From contig OZ024743.1 of assembly GCA_964016885.1 (NCBI GenBank), positions 184,822,001 to 184,886,000 on the forward strand: a stretch of DNA of 64,000 bases, given 5' to 3'. The position numbers were made by a program, and so were the translations under genes. Positions 1-12,682 of the stretch are shown here, one piece after another. The notes below the pieces were generated by a model that saw nothing but the letters and a program-made list of their open reading frames with translations, made no database searches and had not been told where the DNA came from. The stretch's first letter is position 1, and each line of letters starts with the position of its first letter. Origin of the DNA: Eledone cirrhosa. Taxonomy: Eukaryota.

Positions 1-615
1 TTGAGCATTCCACAAAATTAAGGTATTTTTCTCAACAAATTTAACTTTCAACCATATAATTGTGATCCAGATAGCTTAACCACTATGTCACATTGATAGA
101 AGGATGATGAGAAAAAATACTGATATACTGAGGAGTTAGTATTTTCTAAGGTGTAATATTTCACAGACCCCACTGCACCAAATGTGGTATTCATGGCACT
201 CTCATCATATTCATTTAAACAGTTTTCTTTATGCTAAAAGTTTTTTCAACATCTACAATGGTATTGAATGATAATGCACTGACATAACATGTACTGTTTA
301 ATGCTAGTAGATGTGGATTTACAATAAATAAGCAATTTACTTTTCATCTTACACGAGTACATACATATTTAGCATGTATTTAATGATAAACTTAAGCAGA
401 TTAAACTATTGTGCATAATAATAATAATAATAATTATGATAAGCAGAAAGAAAAAGTGTTCTAGCATTGGCACACTACCACAAATTAACCTGGGAGCTTA
501 ATTGATACATTATTTATTGATCCTGGAAGGTTAAATAGCAATGTCAACCTTGACAAGATTTGAAATAGTTGTGAAATGCCGGTAATATAACATCATGTTT
601 TACTGTGTGAAACTT

Positions 616-889
616 AATTATCTTCTCTCAATACCAAACAATGCGAAATTACCCTTGGTTCAATGATACAAAGCAATTTATTTTATAGCTTTTATCTTTA
701 TCTAAAAACCTTCTATCATAGTTTTACATAAGAACCTTTGTTAAGTTATGCTCCAAACACCAGCTTGATATTGATAAATTTAACTATATTACTAAACTTC
801 TTCAAATTCTTCATTGTTTTCAAAGTATATCATAAGCAGTGTATCATAAGCCGTGTTTTTCATTAAAAATGTGTTAATGGATGGGTTAA
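616..889 (-). mobile_element. Degenerate copy of TTAA-flanked MITE family
   Basis: Reverse complement of the internal consensus (aagctggtgtttggagcataacttaac...gaaggtttttagataa) seen at 8041-8270 and 43586-43901; ends in gggttaa. Confidence 0.55.
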
Positions 890-1399
890 AGCAATGAGGG
901 AGTAAGCTCTTAAAAGTTAAAGCTTTGAACCTACCAGTCTAGAGAAATAAAGAAATAAGCATCAAGAAAATTCATCATTATTTTTTTTTTTGTAATTGTT
1001 TTGCAAAATTCTTAATGCTGAAATGTCTATTGTTGGAGTAAGTGTGGATGAAGAGAAGACAGAGAGGGCAATAGTCATCAATAAGGCCACAAGAATTTGA
1101 CAAATAAATAACTAGCTGATTAAATCCACTGACTGCTGAATTTATTACCTGATTAATAAAAGTGAAGTGAAACTCAACTGGCACAAGTGTTTTGGTAGCA
1201 TCAACTCCCCAAAATATATCAATTAAAAAAAAATGATAAAATGATTATGAGACACATTGAATGACTTACTCAGCTCTCCACTTTACATCTAAACACACAA
1301 ATACTCTTATAAAACTTACATATATACATACATCCTCTTAGCTTCTTACGGATGAATAACAAACACACACACACACACATGCGCGCGTGCTCTATGTAC

Positions 1400-1717
1400 A
1401 AAACAACTTTCAGCTAGACACATTCGGTCACTGCTTTTTAAAACAAGATCATCTTACACAACAACGTCAGAATCAACAGTTTTCCGAAGGATGGCAACAT
1501 GAATAGACCTGTTTTTTCTCTAGAAATTTTTTTACATTTCTCCTCTGCCAATCTCCTCTATCTTTCTATTTCTTCTTTAATTTCTCATTCTATTTTCTGA
1601 TGAAAGACTAGCATGCGAAATGTTAGGACTCATTTCCTACTATATCAAGCGTAAAACTAATAAGATATTTCTTCATTGTACTGTGTTATTTGCTTTGTTA
1701 TTTGTTTGTCTTTTGCA
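1400..1717 (+). mobile_element. Degenerate Penelope-like 3' end/pLTR remnant with hammerhead-like motif
   Basis: Pyrimidine-rich run, then CTGATGA-n13-GAAATGTTA at 1597-1625, then a T-rich terminus next to a TA tract; resembles the layout of Penelope pLTRs. Confidence 0.4.
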
Positions 1718-1727
1718 TATATATATT

Positions 1728-2070
1728 GGAGGCACATGGCTTAGTGGTTAGAACATTGGCCTTGCAATCGAAAGGTTGCGAGTTCAATTCTCAGACCGTG
1801 TGATATCTTATTTCATTGAGCAAGACACTTTATTCCACATTGCTCCAGTTTACTCAGCTGGAGAAATGAGATGATAGGGACTGGGGTCCCTATCATTCTA
1901 CTGCAAAGTGGTCGTGGAGGTGCCACGACAAAAAAAGCACCCAGCACTCACTGTAAATGAGGTTGGTGTTAGGGAGGGCATCCAGCTGTAGAAATCAAGC
2001 CAGAATCAGTTCCCGTCCCACCCTTGCAAGCAGGAAAAAGTGGACGTATGATGATGATGATGATGATGAT
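1728..2070 (+). mobile_element. Full-length tRNA-derived CORE-type SINE with RTE-like 3' end
   Basis: A box TGGCTTAGTGG and B box GAGTTCAATTC. CORE-like segment ttgagcaagacacttt...actcagctggagaaatg. Perfect 11-bp hairpin at 1871-1896. 3' half matches the RTE 3' UTR at 14285-14430. (GAT)n tail. Confidence 0.8.
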
Positions 2071-2091
2071 ATATATCATCATCATCATCAT

Positions 2092-2123
<32 letters not shown>

Positions 2124-2362
2124 TCGAAAGTAAGGTATTTTAATATATCCCATACAGATAAAAATATAGGAAAAAGATGAAAATGCAATTGGAGTTTTTA
2201 TTTACCATGTATAATTTTACCAATTTCAAGTTTCATGATTTTCAAAAATTAAGATGGGGGGGGGGGGGGGGAGAACGAGAAAGATAGAGATAGAAAGAGA
2301 GAGAGAGGGGTTAATGTGGGGTTGTAGATTTATATGTAAAAAAACAAACAAATGACTACACA

Positions 2363-2869
2363 TGTAACAGTGTTGTATACATTATATGTATCTTAGTTGA
2401 CTGGTATTCAAGCTTCACTGAAGCCACCAGCTAATTTATCCATCTAGATGAACTAGCCATTGGTTTTGGAGAAACATGGGTACGAGTCGACCAAGATACT
2501 TTAGGCGGACGATGGTCGTCAGTCATCCCGTCTAATTGGATATTGTTTACTGGCACATAGTCAAACAAGGAAGGAACATACCTCAATTTTATGTTATAAA
2601 AACATTTTTAATAGGAGCAATTACAGAATATATACAAATACATTAGTGCTCCTAGGTTGGGATAGATTTAAGTCGTCATATACTGCCGCATGCTGTGATG
2701 TCCTCGTTTGATTCACTGCAAGAAGATAGCACGATACAGATAGCACGTCTATTGTCTCCGAGCTCTCACTGTCGAAGTGTTATTGTCTCAGCTACTGACG
2801 TCAGAACTAAGGGCAGTTAATCGACTGCCTTCACAGTCGACGCTAGATGGCATGATCTTCTACAATACA
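2363..2869. mobile_element. Possible solo LTR
   Basis: About 500-bp CpG-retaining block in AT-rich context, starting TGTAAC and ending TACA. No clear TSD and no second copy in the window. Confidence 0.25.
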
Positions 2870-3560
2870 TATTACACACATATGTATTTTGTGCGTGTAT
2901 GTATGCATATGCAATTTACATAGGTAAATATGTGACTGTAAATGTAAACATACGTAAATGAAAGATACCAAAGTTTGTCCCAGTAAGAAAAACATCCATA
3001 AAAACTACAGACAGTTAAGACTTTCAAATGTACCTTAGGTGTATAAGTATGTTTATTTATAAGGCAGCCAAGTAGGCAGAATTGTTGGAATGTCAGATTA
3101 TATGACTCATGGTATTTGTTCTGTTTCTCTTCACACTGATCTTTCACAAATTATATTTGGATTGTTCATCAATAAGGACAATACAAATGAAAATGAAAAA
3201 CATTTCTCCTAAAGTTCCCTAGTCTTTTATAGTGATTACTGGAAAAAAGCTAAAACCAAACCCCTTTCTAAGAAAATAAGTTTGCTACAGATACCTTATC
3301 CAGAAAATCTTATACTCATTTCTGACGGCTTGTTAATCTGAAGCATATGGGATTAACATATTAAATTAATACCTTCAGGGTAAAAAAGTACTAAAAGAAT
3401 ATTTATTTCTACTCCAAAATAGAAAAAAAACACCCGAAAAATGTACAAACTATAACACTAAAATGAAAAAAGTGTAATGAAATTTATAGCTCACACCCAT
3501 CGCAGTTTAGCTCGCCTCTCACAAAATTACATCCCACAGGAAGTTTCTTGGGTATTTTAA

Positions 3561-3760
3561 CTCTTTCATTACCATATTTTTAATGAAATACAGATTATTT
3601 GAATTAATTAATGAAGAATTTGGAGGGTTTACTGAAATTATTAACTTTGTCCATTAAGATGGTATTTGTAACATAGCTTAACAAAATGTTGGAAAGTTTT
3701 AACTTAAATAAGAATCCTAACAGGTGATTTTATTGATTGGGCAGGTTGGTATCGAAAGGG
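3561..3760 (+). mobile_element. TTAA-flanked MITE (internally deleted)
   Basis: TTAA|CTCTTTCATTACCA ... TGGTATCGAAAGGG|TTAA imperfect terminal inverted repeats; interior matches the other family members. Confidence 0.7.
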
Positions 3761-4629
3761 TTAATGATCGGGACCTCAATTCTACTACAAAAAGCAACAT
3801 GAAAAGAAGCTTCTTACTCGAGAACACAACACACCACAAGAGTGAGCTCTGTGAGTTGGAATGGCTATTTCAACATCTCTCCTTCACAATGCTTTCTTCA
3901 GTTTGTCTGCTGGGACCACGCGACAGCCAGCGCCTAGGATCCAGCATGTCAGAGAGCATTCCCCCACACCGTTAGGTCTGGGGTTTAAAGCAACACATTT
4001 GTAATGTTTGTATTCTCCATCAATGCTGTGAAAATATTAAAGAATTGCTTACCTGAATCCAGTTACCTTATTATCATATATCCAACACTCTAACCACTCG
4101 GCCACATGATGATCCATTAATCACATAAAATATGACATATTTCAAAAGAATGTGTCATGTCAAAATTTACTGGTCTAGTATTAAATTGATATTGAATTCA
4201 AAACTTAAAACTTCATGATGAAGCCAATAAACCAAAAGGATTGTTACAGTAGTAAATAAACTTCAAACATGGGCCTGTGGTTTTATGGCAGGACTTGTTT
4301 ATTTTTCAGTTGACAGTGTTATTCAGTGGCCTCAATTCTCAAAATATTTTAACTATCTCTTGTGCATTTTCTTTTATTCTATTTGTATAGCTTAGTATAT
4401 CAATTATAAATTATACCAACTTGTTACAGCATGTCTTTTACTGATACATTGATAAAGTATGGAGCTAATCATTTTTTTTTTTTTTACAATATTTTTAATA
4501 CTAAAACACTGCCTATACTTTTCAAATAATTTTGAAAATAAGAGGGATTTAGTAAATATAGCTAACTTTTTCTTTATTAGTCTGGTGTTTGGAATACTTC
4601 ACAAAATTGTGATGGAAGGTTACACGTAT

Positions 4630-4760
4630 TTAGCTGAGTGAACTGGAGCAATATGAAATGAAGCGTCTTGTTCAAGAACACATGTTGTCCCGTTCAGAAA
4701 TCAAACCCATAACCTGGTGATAATGAGTCCATATCTCTAACCACTAGACTACATACCTTC
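4630..4760 (-). mobile_element. Degenerate CORE-type SINE head
   Basis: Reverse-complement similarity to 1728-1865 (agctgagtgaactggagcaat...ctaaccactag). Confidence 0.55.
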
Positions 4761-5064
4761 ATACTAGGTGATATAAATATTTCACAAAAAAAATATATAG
4801 TACAACGACATTAAGCATTTTAAGGGCATTTCCTCTGCTAAAGCAGGAGAAATGACTACAGACCCCATGTTAGGCTTCATTCTTATCATGGGGTACTTTT
4901 GAGGCAATGATTTTACAGCTAGATGCTCTCCCTGGCACCAACCCTTTTAGTCAACTCTTATGACGCACAGGGATATGGTGTGGCTATTCTAAAATGTGGA
5001 AAAGACGTAAAAATGATGAAGGTGCATGCATGAATAAAATACAAGTCGAGATAATTATATACAG

Positions 5065-5427
5065 TCAGTAGGCACCTCTTAACCAAATATACACCCCAAT
5101 CCACTACCCTATCCTCCCACTAACCTCTCTGTAAAGTTGGTACCACAACATCCAGTCCAAATAAATGAGATAATGAGATCGAGATCGTGTAGGTGTCACG
5201 ACAAAACAACACACAGTCCATGCTGTAATGTGGCCATGTAGGCAACACGGTAAAAAGTTCCCAATTCCACACTGTAAATGTGGTTGGTGTTAGGAAGGGC
5301 AGCCAGCCGTAGAAAACCTACCAGATAGTCGAGACACGGTCTCCCGACCAACCTTGCCTCAATGGGACAACTCCCGTCTAACCCATGCTAGCGTGGAAGA
5401 TGGACATTAAACGAAGATGATGATGAT
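5065..5427 (+). mobile_element. RTE LINE 3' UTR fragment (subfamily C-like)
   Basis: Similar to 25370-25759; contains gttaggaagggc...gtagaaa; ends ggacattaaacgaagatgatgatgat. Confidence 0.75.
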
Positions 5428-5687
5428 TCAACAAATAAAAATGCCGTCTAAAGATAAAAATCCTATTTCATAGAACAGTTCAAATCTTTAGAGTAAACAA
5501 TTGACTAAGATATTTTCATGGGTAAAGAGTGATAAACACAAAGCTGTTCTTTAAGCAGCTGGAAACAGTATTTTCAATGTCAGATATATTAGATAATATG
5601 TGGGCTAGGAAGCTATTTGGTCACTATTGCATGCTTAAACGCCAATTGTCTAAGATATTTTCATGAACAAAGTGTGATTAGCTGTTC

Positions 5688-6230
5688 TATTACCATATTT
5701 TTAATGAAAAACACTGTTTATGATTTTCAAATAATTTTGAAAAAAATCAATAATTTGAAGGGATTTAGTAATAATGATTAACATTCTCATTAAGCTGGTG
5801 TTTGGAACATAAAATTATGATGAAAGGTTTTTAGATAAAAATATAAACACTTTAAAACAAACATTTTTTATCATAGAACCTGGGGTGGTTTCAAGTAGTT
5901 GGTTATTGATAAGGTTAAGTTGGAAATACTTTTTTTCCCTGTCAGATATTAAATAATGCCTGGGTTAGAAAGCTATTTGGGCAACATACATGCTCAAACT
6001 TCTTTAAAAAATCACAACTGTTTATTAAACTCAAATTCTACTACCAAATACTACTTTAAACCTTCCCTTACCATATTTCTAATGAAACACACTGCCTATG
6101 ATTTTAGATTTATTTTGAAAATAATCAAGAATTTGGAAGGATTTAGTAATATAACCAACTTTCTCATTATTAAGCTGCTGTTTGGAACATAACAAGGTTC
6201 TTGTATAACAATTATGATGAACGGTTTAAA
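5688..6230 (+). mobile_element. Two adjacent degenerate TTAA-MITE copies (about 5688-5917 and 6056-6230)
   Basis: Both contain ttaccatattt.taatgaaa.acactg...aagctg.tgtttggaacata. Confidence 0.6.
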
Positions 6231-6285
6231 TTTAAAAACGTTTAAAATATGTTCTAAACAGCTTAATAATGAGAAAATTAGCTAT

Positions 6286-6575
6286 TTTCTTCTTTGCCCA
6301 TTTATTCCTGGGAGGGTCCAACGGAGTCCTCAAACACACCTTCCAGCAGGTCCTGTCTGAAGCAACTGTCTCCAATTGATTTGGCTGGACACCCAAGTTC
6401 GTGGATGTTATCCAACCATCTTGCAATTCATTTCTTAGACATCCTGACCACATGACTGTAGTATCAGAGCTGTGATCTTTCAATTTGGAGGTACAGTGGC
6501 TCTACCTGGAGTGACTCCCTGATCTCCAAGCTACACAATCTATCAAGTAATGTTACCCTAAAGACCCTTTCAGAT
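6286..6575 (-). mobile_element. Old RTE (BovB-like) C-terminal fragment inserted in a minus-strand MITE
   Basis: Translation NLGVQPNQLETVASDRTCWK resembles the RTE C-terminus (A.DR..W). Flanked by a 12-bp duplication AAAATTAGCTAT (6274-6285 and 6576-6587), with MITE sequence on both sides. Confidence 0.55.
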
Positions 6576-6825
6576 AAAATTAGCTATATTACTAAATCTT
6601 TTCAAAGTTTTCATTATTTTCATAATTAGTTGAAAATTTTAGGCAGTGTTAAAGTTCTAGTTAGAAATTGTTGCCACAAGGAGATATCATTTCCCATTCT
6701 AAACAGAGAAACAGTTTGATGAGTGTTTTGTTAGCATGTAGCACAAAGCTCAAATCTTCTAATGAGCCAAATCTGGGTAAGCATATATATAAACTGCTAA
6801 GCAAATTGGCTGATTACTAATTAAT

Positions 6826-6997
6826 TGTTTCTACGTTTGGCACAAGGCCAGCAATTACCCAGAGCATTACTGGTACTTTATTTTATCGACCCCGTAAGGA
6901 TGAAAGGCAAAGTTAACCTCGGCGGGATTTGAACTCAGAACTCTATACGTCAAAGTATAGCGTCCGACCCTCTACCGATACTGCCAATCCACCACCC
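6826..6997 (-). mobile_element. tRNA-derived SINE with Meta-type central domain
   Basis: Reverse complement of the family at 33204-33393; 15-bp TSD TGATTACTAATTAAT at 6811-6825 and 6998-7012. Confidence 0.8.
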
Positions 6998-7720
6998 TGA
7001 TTACTAATTAATGGCAGCTGATTATCTACAATGTAGTTATGTATTATGATACAAAAATGCTAATTCTAATTAATCGTTAAGTAATATATTATAATATTTC
7101 ATAATTAATTATGAAGCTACTATTTAAGAACACATGATGACATAATTAGGCTGATTTTGCTGTAGAAGGTAACATATATGAGTGAGCAAAATGGAAAAGT
7201 TTTCATGTTTTTACATTATAATTCATGAGTCTGACTGTTAAATTCCATTTTTTGTTTGAGTAAGTTAAGATAACAGAAATCCTTATTACTGGAAAATTTT
7301 TGAATACCTTTAAAGGTGCGTGTAATTCAAATCATAATAATTTTTCAATTAATTCTTTTTTAACAGATCAAATAAACAGATATCCTTCCAGGTGGGTAGG
7401 CCCCTTTTCTACTTTGTCCCTTTAACCTAGAGAGTTATGCTCTCTGGGCAATCCCAAGTAATTTCTAGTTGTGTAGATCAGTGCATTCAAGCACCAGGAG
7501 CTTAGTTATAATACACTGTTTGGCTTAGTTTGTGTGTACTAGGAAGTTTGTTTTCCAAATTTCTGTCATCCATGGTTTTTTTTTTGCTCCAAAATAATAA
7601 TGGCTGATTATCAAAATAGATTAATCCTCCAAAAAAGATGATAGCAATATATTGGCAAAATAACTGATATGGTCAATACTAATTAGCTAACAATTAATCA
7701 GTGCAACCCTAATATCAACT

Positions 7721-8270
7721 TTAATCTGTTGATATCAAACCACCCCTAGTTCTATAATACTAAACTGTTTGTTTTAAAGCATTTATATGTATCTAGAAAT
7801 CTATCATAATTTTATGTAAGATCCTTTGTGAAGTTATACTCCAAATACCAGCTAAATAATGAGAAATTACTTATTTTACTAAATCCCACCAAATTCTGTT
7901 ATGAATATTATTTGAAAATCATCGATAGTGATTTCATTAGAAATCTGGTAATGGAAGGGATAAGACAATAAAAATTGAGAGAAGCTTTAGTATACTGACA
8001 TATATTAACAGAGCAAGATAAAATAAAAATATAAAAAGATCAACCCTTTCATTACCATATTCCTAATGAAAGACACTGCTTAAGATTTTAATTTTGAAAA
8101 TAACCAAGAAATTGGAGGGATTTGGTAATAATATCTAGCATTCTCAGTATATGCTGGTGTTTGGAGCATAACTTACATAAATTTATGACAGAAGGTCTTT
8201 ACATAAATTTTTAATCAAACAACTCTGTGTCATCGAACCAGGGGTAGTTTCAGGTGATCAAAAGAGTTCA
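7721..8270. mobile_element. Two TTAA-MITE copies in opposite orientation (7721-7963 minus; 8041-8270 plus)
   Basis: Family consensus on both strands; ccctttcattacca start at about 8044. Confidence 0.65.
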
Positions 8271-8534
8271 AGGTTACATGAGAATATCCTATATTGTTCA
8301 ATATAAAGATGATAATGAATAGAGATATTTCATAATATCATAATTAAGAAAATATTTTGTTTTAGGTTAGCTATAAAACAAGGATATTTTCTTAAACAAA
8401 ATTATGAGTAAATATCATCATTATCAATGTTTTAATGTGAACATAAAACGATGCAGAACAAAATTTACAAATATTTTTATTATTTTCCTCCTAAGTATTC
8501 CATATATTTCAGCAAAATTGTTGATTCTAATTTA

Positions 8535-9072
8535 TTTCCGAAGAATTTTTTTTTTTCATTTTGGTGAAACTTTATCTTATTTGCTAAATCTTGATTATAT
8601 ATGTTCTGGCTCGTTAATTTATTAACCTGCCATTGAACCACATTGGCATACGGTTGGACAATACATGTGTCCCTTAGCGCCTGTGCGTGTAGGAACACAT
8701 ATCCTATTATTACTATTCTCCTCTATGTTGAGAAAAATTTGGTCGTTCTGACTGCTGCTAGTTATAGCAGTAGCCATTTGACCTCCCTGCCTCTGCCTTT
8801 CTTTACACCCGGCCCTTGAAAAAATTGATTCCACTTCATTTACTCTCATCTCAGGAACAATTTTGAATAGCGCCAGTTCGTAATTTGAATTCGAGAATTT
8901 TATATTCTCCGAATGAAAAGATCCTTCTGACGAGATTCTTTCTTTGCAACGAAGGCTGTATGGACTCCGTTTATTTTTGAGAATCGAAACCGAATCGGTA
9001 AAGGTAACCATAGTAAGTACAGTTAATTTTTTAAAATTTATTTTGAAACTTTATCTTATTTGCTAAACCTTG

Positions 9073-9081
<9 letters not shown>
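8535..9081 (+). mobile_element. Non-coding Penelope-pLTR/retrozyme-like element with terminal direct repeats
   Basis: 38-bp direct repeat TGAAACTTTATCTTATTTGCTAAA(T/C)CTTGATTATATAT at 8565-8602 and 9044-9081; canonical hammerhead inside; ends in a (TA)n tract. Confidence 0.6.
8923..9004 (+). ncRNA. Type I hammerhead ribozyme with extended stem II
   Basis: Stem I CCTT/AAGG. Core CTGACGA (8927-8933). Stem II GATTCTT/GAGAATC. GAAA (8986-8989). Stem III CCGA-A-TCGG. GTA cleavage triplet, predicted cut after 9000. Confidence 0.8.
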
Positions 9082-9113
<32 letters not shown>

Positions 9114-9317
9114 GTCTTTGAAGGAAGAACTATAGCTTTCCAATTAGTTCAGTATGGAGAACCAAGTATCCATACAAAAAAATCCCATTTGGGAATTCAG
9201 GGGAGGGGGTTTGAAGTATGAAGATGATAAGCAGATGATATATGTGTATCTCAAATTTCTTAAAGTATATATAAACAGTACAAGTCGATGTACAGTAGAA
9301 GTCGATGGAAAGTACAG

Positions 9318-9774
9318 TAGAAGTCGATGGAAACGGCGGAGTGGGGAGGCCCAAGATGACCTGGGATGAGGTGATAAAAGCCGACCTTACCCAATTACAC
9401 CTCTCAAAGGCAATGACACACGACCGTGACCTCTGGCGTCACGCAGTAATACAGAGTACTCGACCTCCCATGGGTACAAGCTGAAACATATAGACAATAT
9501 GCCCCCACCGCAAGGTGGTCGTGGAGGTGCCACGGCAAAAAAAGCACCCAGCCCACACTGTAAAGTGGACGTGTAGGCGCCACGAAAAAGCACCCAGCAC
9601 TCACTGTAAATGAGGTTGGTGTTAGGAAGGGCATCCAGCTGTAGAAATCAAGCCAAAATCAGTTCCTGTATGAGCAAGGCATGGTCAGCCGACCAGACAC
9701 TGCCCACAACAGGACAACCCGTCTAACCCATGCTAGCGTGGAAGAACGGACGTAAAACGGTGATGATGATGATG
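9318..9774 (+). mobile_element. 5'-truncated RTE LINE (subfamily B) 3' end
   Basis: Near-identical to 14082-14541 (EVDGNGGVGRPKMTWDEV..., 3' UTR, (GAT)n tail); AGTACA on both sides (9277-9282 and 9775-9780). Confidence 0.9.
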
Positions 9775-10227
9775 AGTACACCAATCTTTAGAATATTTGT
9801 ACATTAATCTAGAAATAATTCTGACTAGCTATATTCAATGTTTGATATACAACCCAACAGAACGAATATCCATTTTATCAATAGCCAACTAATCATATAT
9901 ATATAGTGGGTGTCCTGTAAATATGGTACAAAATGAAATTATGTTTTGTCTATCACATTGTTCCACCAACTCAGCTTAGAATTTTGCAATCACCCGTCTC
10001 TCTCTCTCTTAATAAATTATTAATCTTTCCTTTTCTATTAGATTTACCATTACACTATTTATGCAATATTAATGCAACACTTAGCAGCTTTTCTGTGATG
10101 ACTTTCACCTTTGTAAATTTTCCTATTCCATATATTAATAGTACAAATAATTATATCAGTAATTTTATAAATACATCTGTGTGTGTGTGTGTGTGTGTGT
10201 GTGCACATTGTATACACATATACATTT

Positions 10228-12646
10228 ATCATCATCATCATCATCATTTTATGTTCGCTTTTCTCTGCTTGCACAGGTGGGACGGGTCTTATTCAGCACA
10301 GCATCTCTCCACTTGTCACGGTCCTTCGTCATCTCCACCGTGAGCTTCAGCGATCTGAGGTCTGTTCTCACCACATCCGCCCATGTTTTTCATGGTCTAC
10401 CTCTACCACATCTTCCTTCAACTGGGATTTCCTGGCACTTCTTCACCTATCGGTCATCCTCCATGCGCATCACATGTCCATACCACTGCAGTCCACTCTC
10501 TCGCACACTACATTCTATTCCTCTCAGACACAGTTTCTCTCTCAACACATTCATGCTGGGTCGTTCACGCACATTGACATTGCACATCCAACGGAGCATG
10601 CTTGCCTCATTCCTCTCCAGCCGTCGCATATCCTCTGCAGTTGCTGCCTATGTCTCACTACCATGCAGCATCGCGCTCCTCACACAGGCATCATGTAACC
10701 GGCCTTTCGTACGCAGGGAGAAACCCTTCTTCGTCAGCAGAGAAAGCAGCTCCCTAAACTTCTTCCAACCAGTCATTCTAGATACTATGGCCTCGGAACC
10801 CCCCCCCCCCCCATGCTAATCTGATCTCCTAGGTACCGGAAGCTATCCACCACTTCTATAGCATCCGCCTGCATTTGAAAAATGTGTCTATCAATGCAAC
10901 TTCTACTGTCTAATATCCATGTACATCTACTGCATACGTATTTCTCCCTACCTGTTAGTTTGCCTGCTATCCCACTACATCTCTTGTGTACCCATGATCT
11001 GCATTGTGTGCATTTTATAGAATTTATGCCAGTTCCTTTTCTGCATATCGAACATGGCCATTTCATTGACGGAATCAGAGTTTTGTCCTCTTTTCTACTC
11101 ATCAACACTTTTGTCTTAGCTAGGTTCACTCTCAGTCCTCTTGCTTCCAACTGCTGTTTCCATAGCCAGAATTTATTCTCTAGCTCCTCTACTGATTCTG
11201 CTATAAGAAACAGATTGTCAGCATAGAGAAGTTCCCATGGACAGCCAGTCTTAAACTCCTCTGTTATAGCTTGGAGGACTATAATGAACAAGAGCGGGCT
11301 GAGGACCGAACCTTTATGTACTCCTACTTGTATCTGGAATTCCTCACTAAACTCCATTCCTACCCTGACTTTACTGAGAGTACCTCTGTACAAAGTTTGC
11401 ACTGTCCTCACAAGCCATTTCTCAACACCTAGCTTCCTTAGGGACCACCAGATGACAGATCGGGGTACCCTATCAAAGGCCTTCTCTAGGTCAACAAAGG
11501 CTAAATATAGTGGCTTATTTTTCTCTAAGAACCTCTCTTGCAATTGTCTCACCAAGAAGAGGGCATCTGTTGTACTCTTCCCAGGCACAAAACCAAACTG
11601 CATCTCATCGAGTTTGACCCTTTCTCTAATTAGTTGTGCTAATATCCTTTCTGCCACTTTCATAACCTGATCCATCAGTTTTATACCCCTATAATTGCTC
11701 CTCTCCAGAGCATCCCCTTTACCTTTGTAGCAATTTATGAGAATACTGCTGCACCAGTCTTTGGGTATGACACCACCATATATAGCCTGATTGATGATGT
11801 GTGCAACCAGTTTAGTGCCTACGTCCCCTGATGCCTTCAGCATCTCAGCAACTATTCTCGATGGTCCAGCAGCCTTACCAATTTTCATTTCCCTAATCGC
11901 CTCTTGGACCCTATATTCGTCAATCTCAATAGCTGGTCCCTCTGTCGGATCTACTAAAGATAATTTCTCTCTCTCCCATTCGTTCTCCACATTCATCAGT
12001 CTCTCATAATGACATATCCAGGCCTCCTTTTTCTGATCATTTGTGACACTAAGTACACCGGCATCATCCCGGACACATTTATCTCCAACAACATCCTGAT
12101 TTGCATTGACACACTACCTTGCAATGTGGAACACCGCACGCCTCTGATTTACCCATCGCAGAACATTGGCAAAGTACACCTGACGTCTAGCTTCTCTCTT
12201 AGTGGCTGTATATTCTTCCCTGCCCCCACCCTTTTTCCAAGCCTTCCATGCTAGTCTTTTGTCTCTAATGGCCTTATCTACTGTGCTGTTCCACCACCAG
12301 GTCACTCTCTGTCTGGTTGGAGCTCTGCTCCAGCCACAAGTTTCATCAGTAGCCTGCAGCAAATTGTCACGTAAGAAATTCCAGTTATTATCTATGTCAT
12401 ACGTCTCTAAATCGTCTTCTTTTTCGTCATATACATCTTGAAGGGCTTTCCTAAATTTGTATTTTAGTGAAAGGTCTTTTAGCTTCCAGACCTTTCTTCT
12501 CCACACCTTCCTGTATGTCTCATTCCATCTCTTGTTTACTGAGATATCACTAACGACTAACCTATGATGTGGGGTACATTCTTCCCCAGGGTATGCCTTG
12601 GTATTAGACACTATCTGCCTGTCCCGCTGCCTAACTAGTAAGAAGA
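10228..12646 (-). mobile_element. 5'-truncated RTE LINE (subfamily A): APE endonuclease C-terminus, RT and PHD finger; disrupted
   Basis: ORFs 12114-12779, 10785-11996 and 10447-10629: [12 protein letters not shown] (end of APE), NYRGIKL, QFGF, FVDLEKAFD, LYADN (YADD mutated), PHD C4HC3, FRYLG, LQWYGHV. Frameshifts between pieces, very short 3' UTR, (GAT)n tail. Confidence 0.92.
10785..11996 (-). pseudogene. RTE reverse transcriptase fragment
   Basis: RT motifs present, but the catalytic YADD reads YADN and the frame breaks at the poly-C run near 10800. Confidence 0.85.
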
Positions 12647-12651
12647 TATAC

Positions 12652-12682
<31 letters not shown>

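Noticed and set aside
1728-1800. tRNA gene-like sequences (also 33204-33292 and about 4050-4110)
   Set aside because: A and B boxes are present, but they run into SINE cores and tails with no complete cloverleaf or terminator.
3724-3975. 83-aa ORF in a slightly GC-richer patch
   Set aside because: It starts inside a MITE end and has no recognisable motifs or convincing splice sites.
8622-9011. 129-aa minus-strand ORF ending near a possible GCAG|GTTAAT donor
   Set aside because: It lies antisense to the hammerhead and inside the direct-repeat-flanked element, and has no recognisable domain; better explained as pLTR-like sequence.
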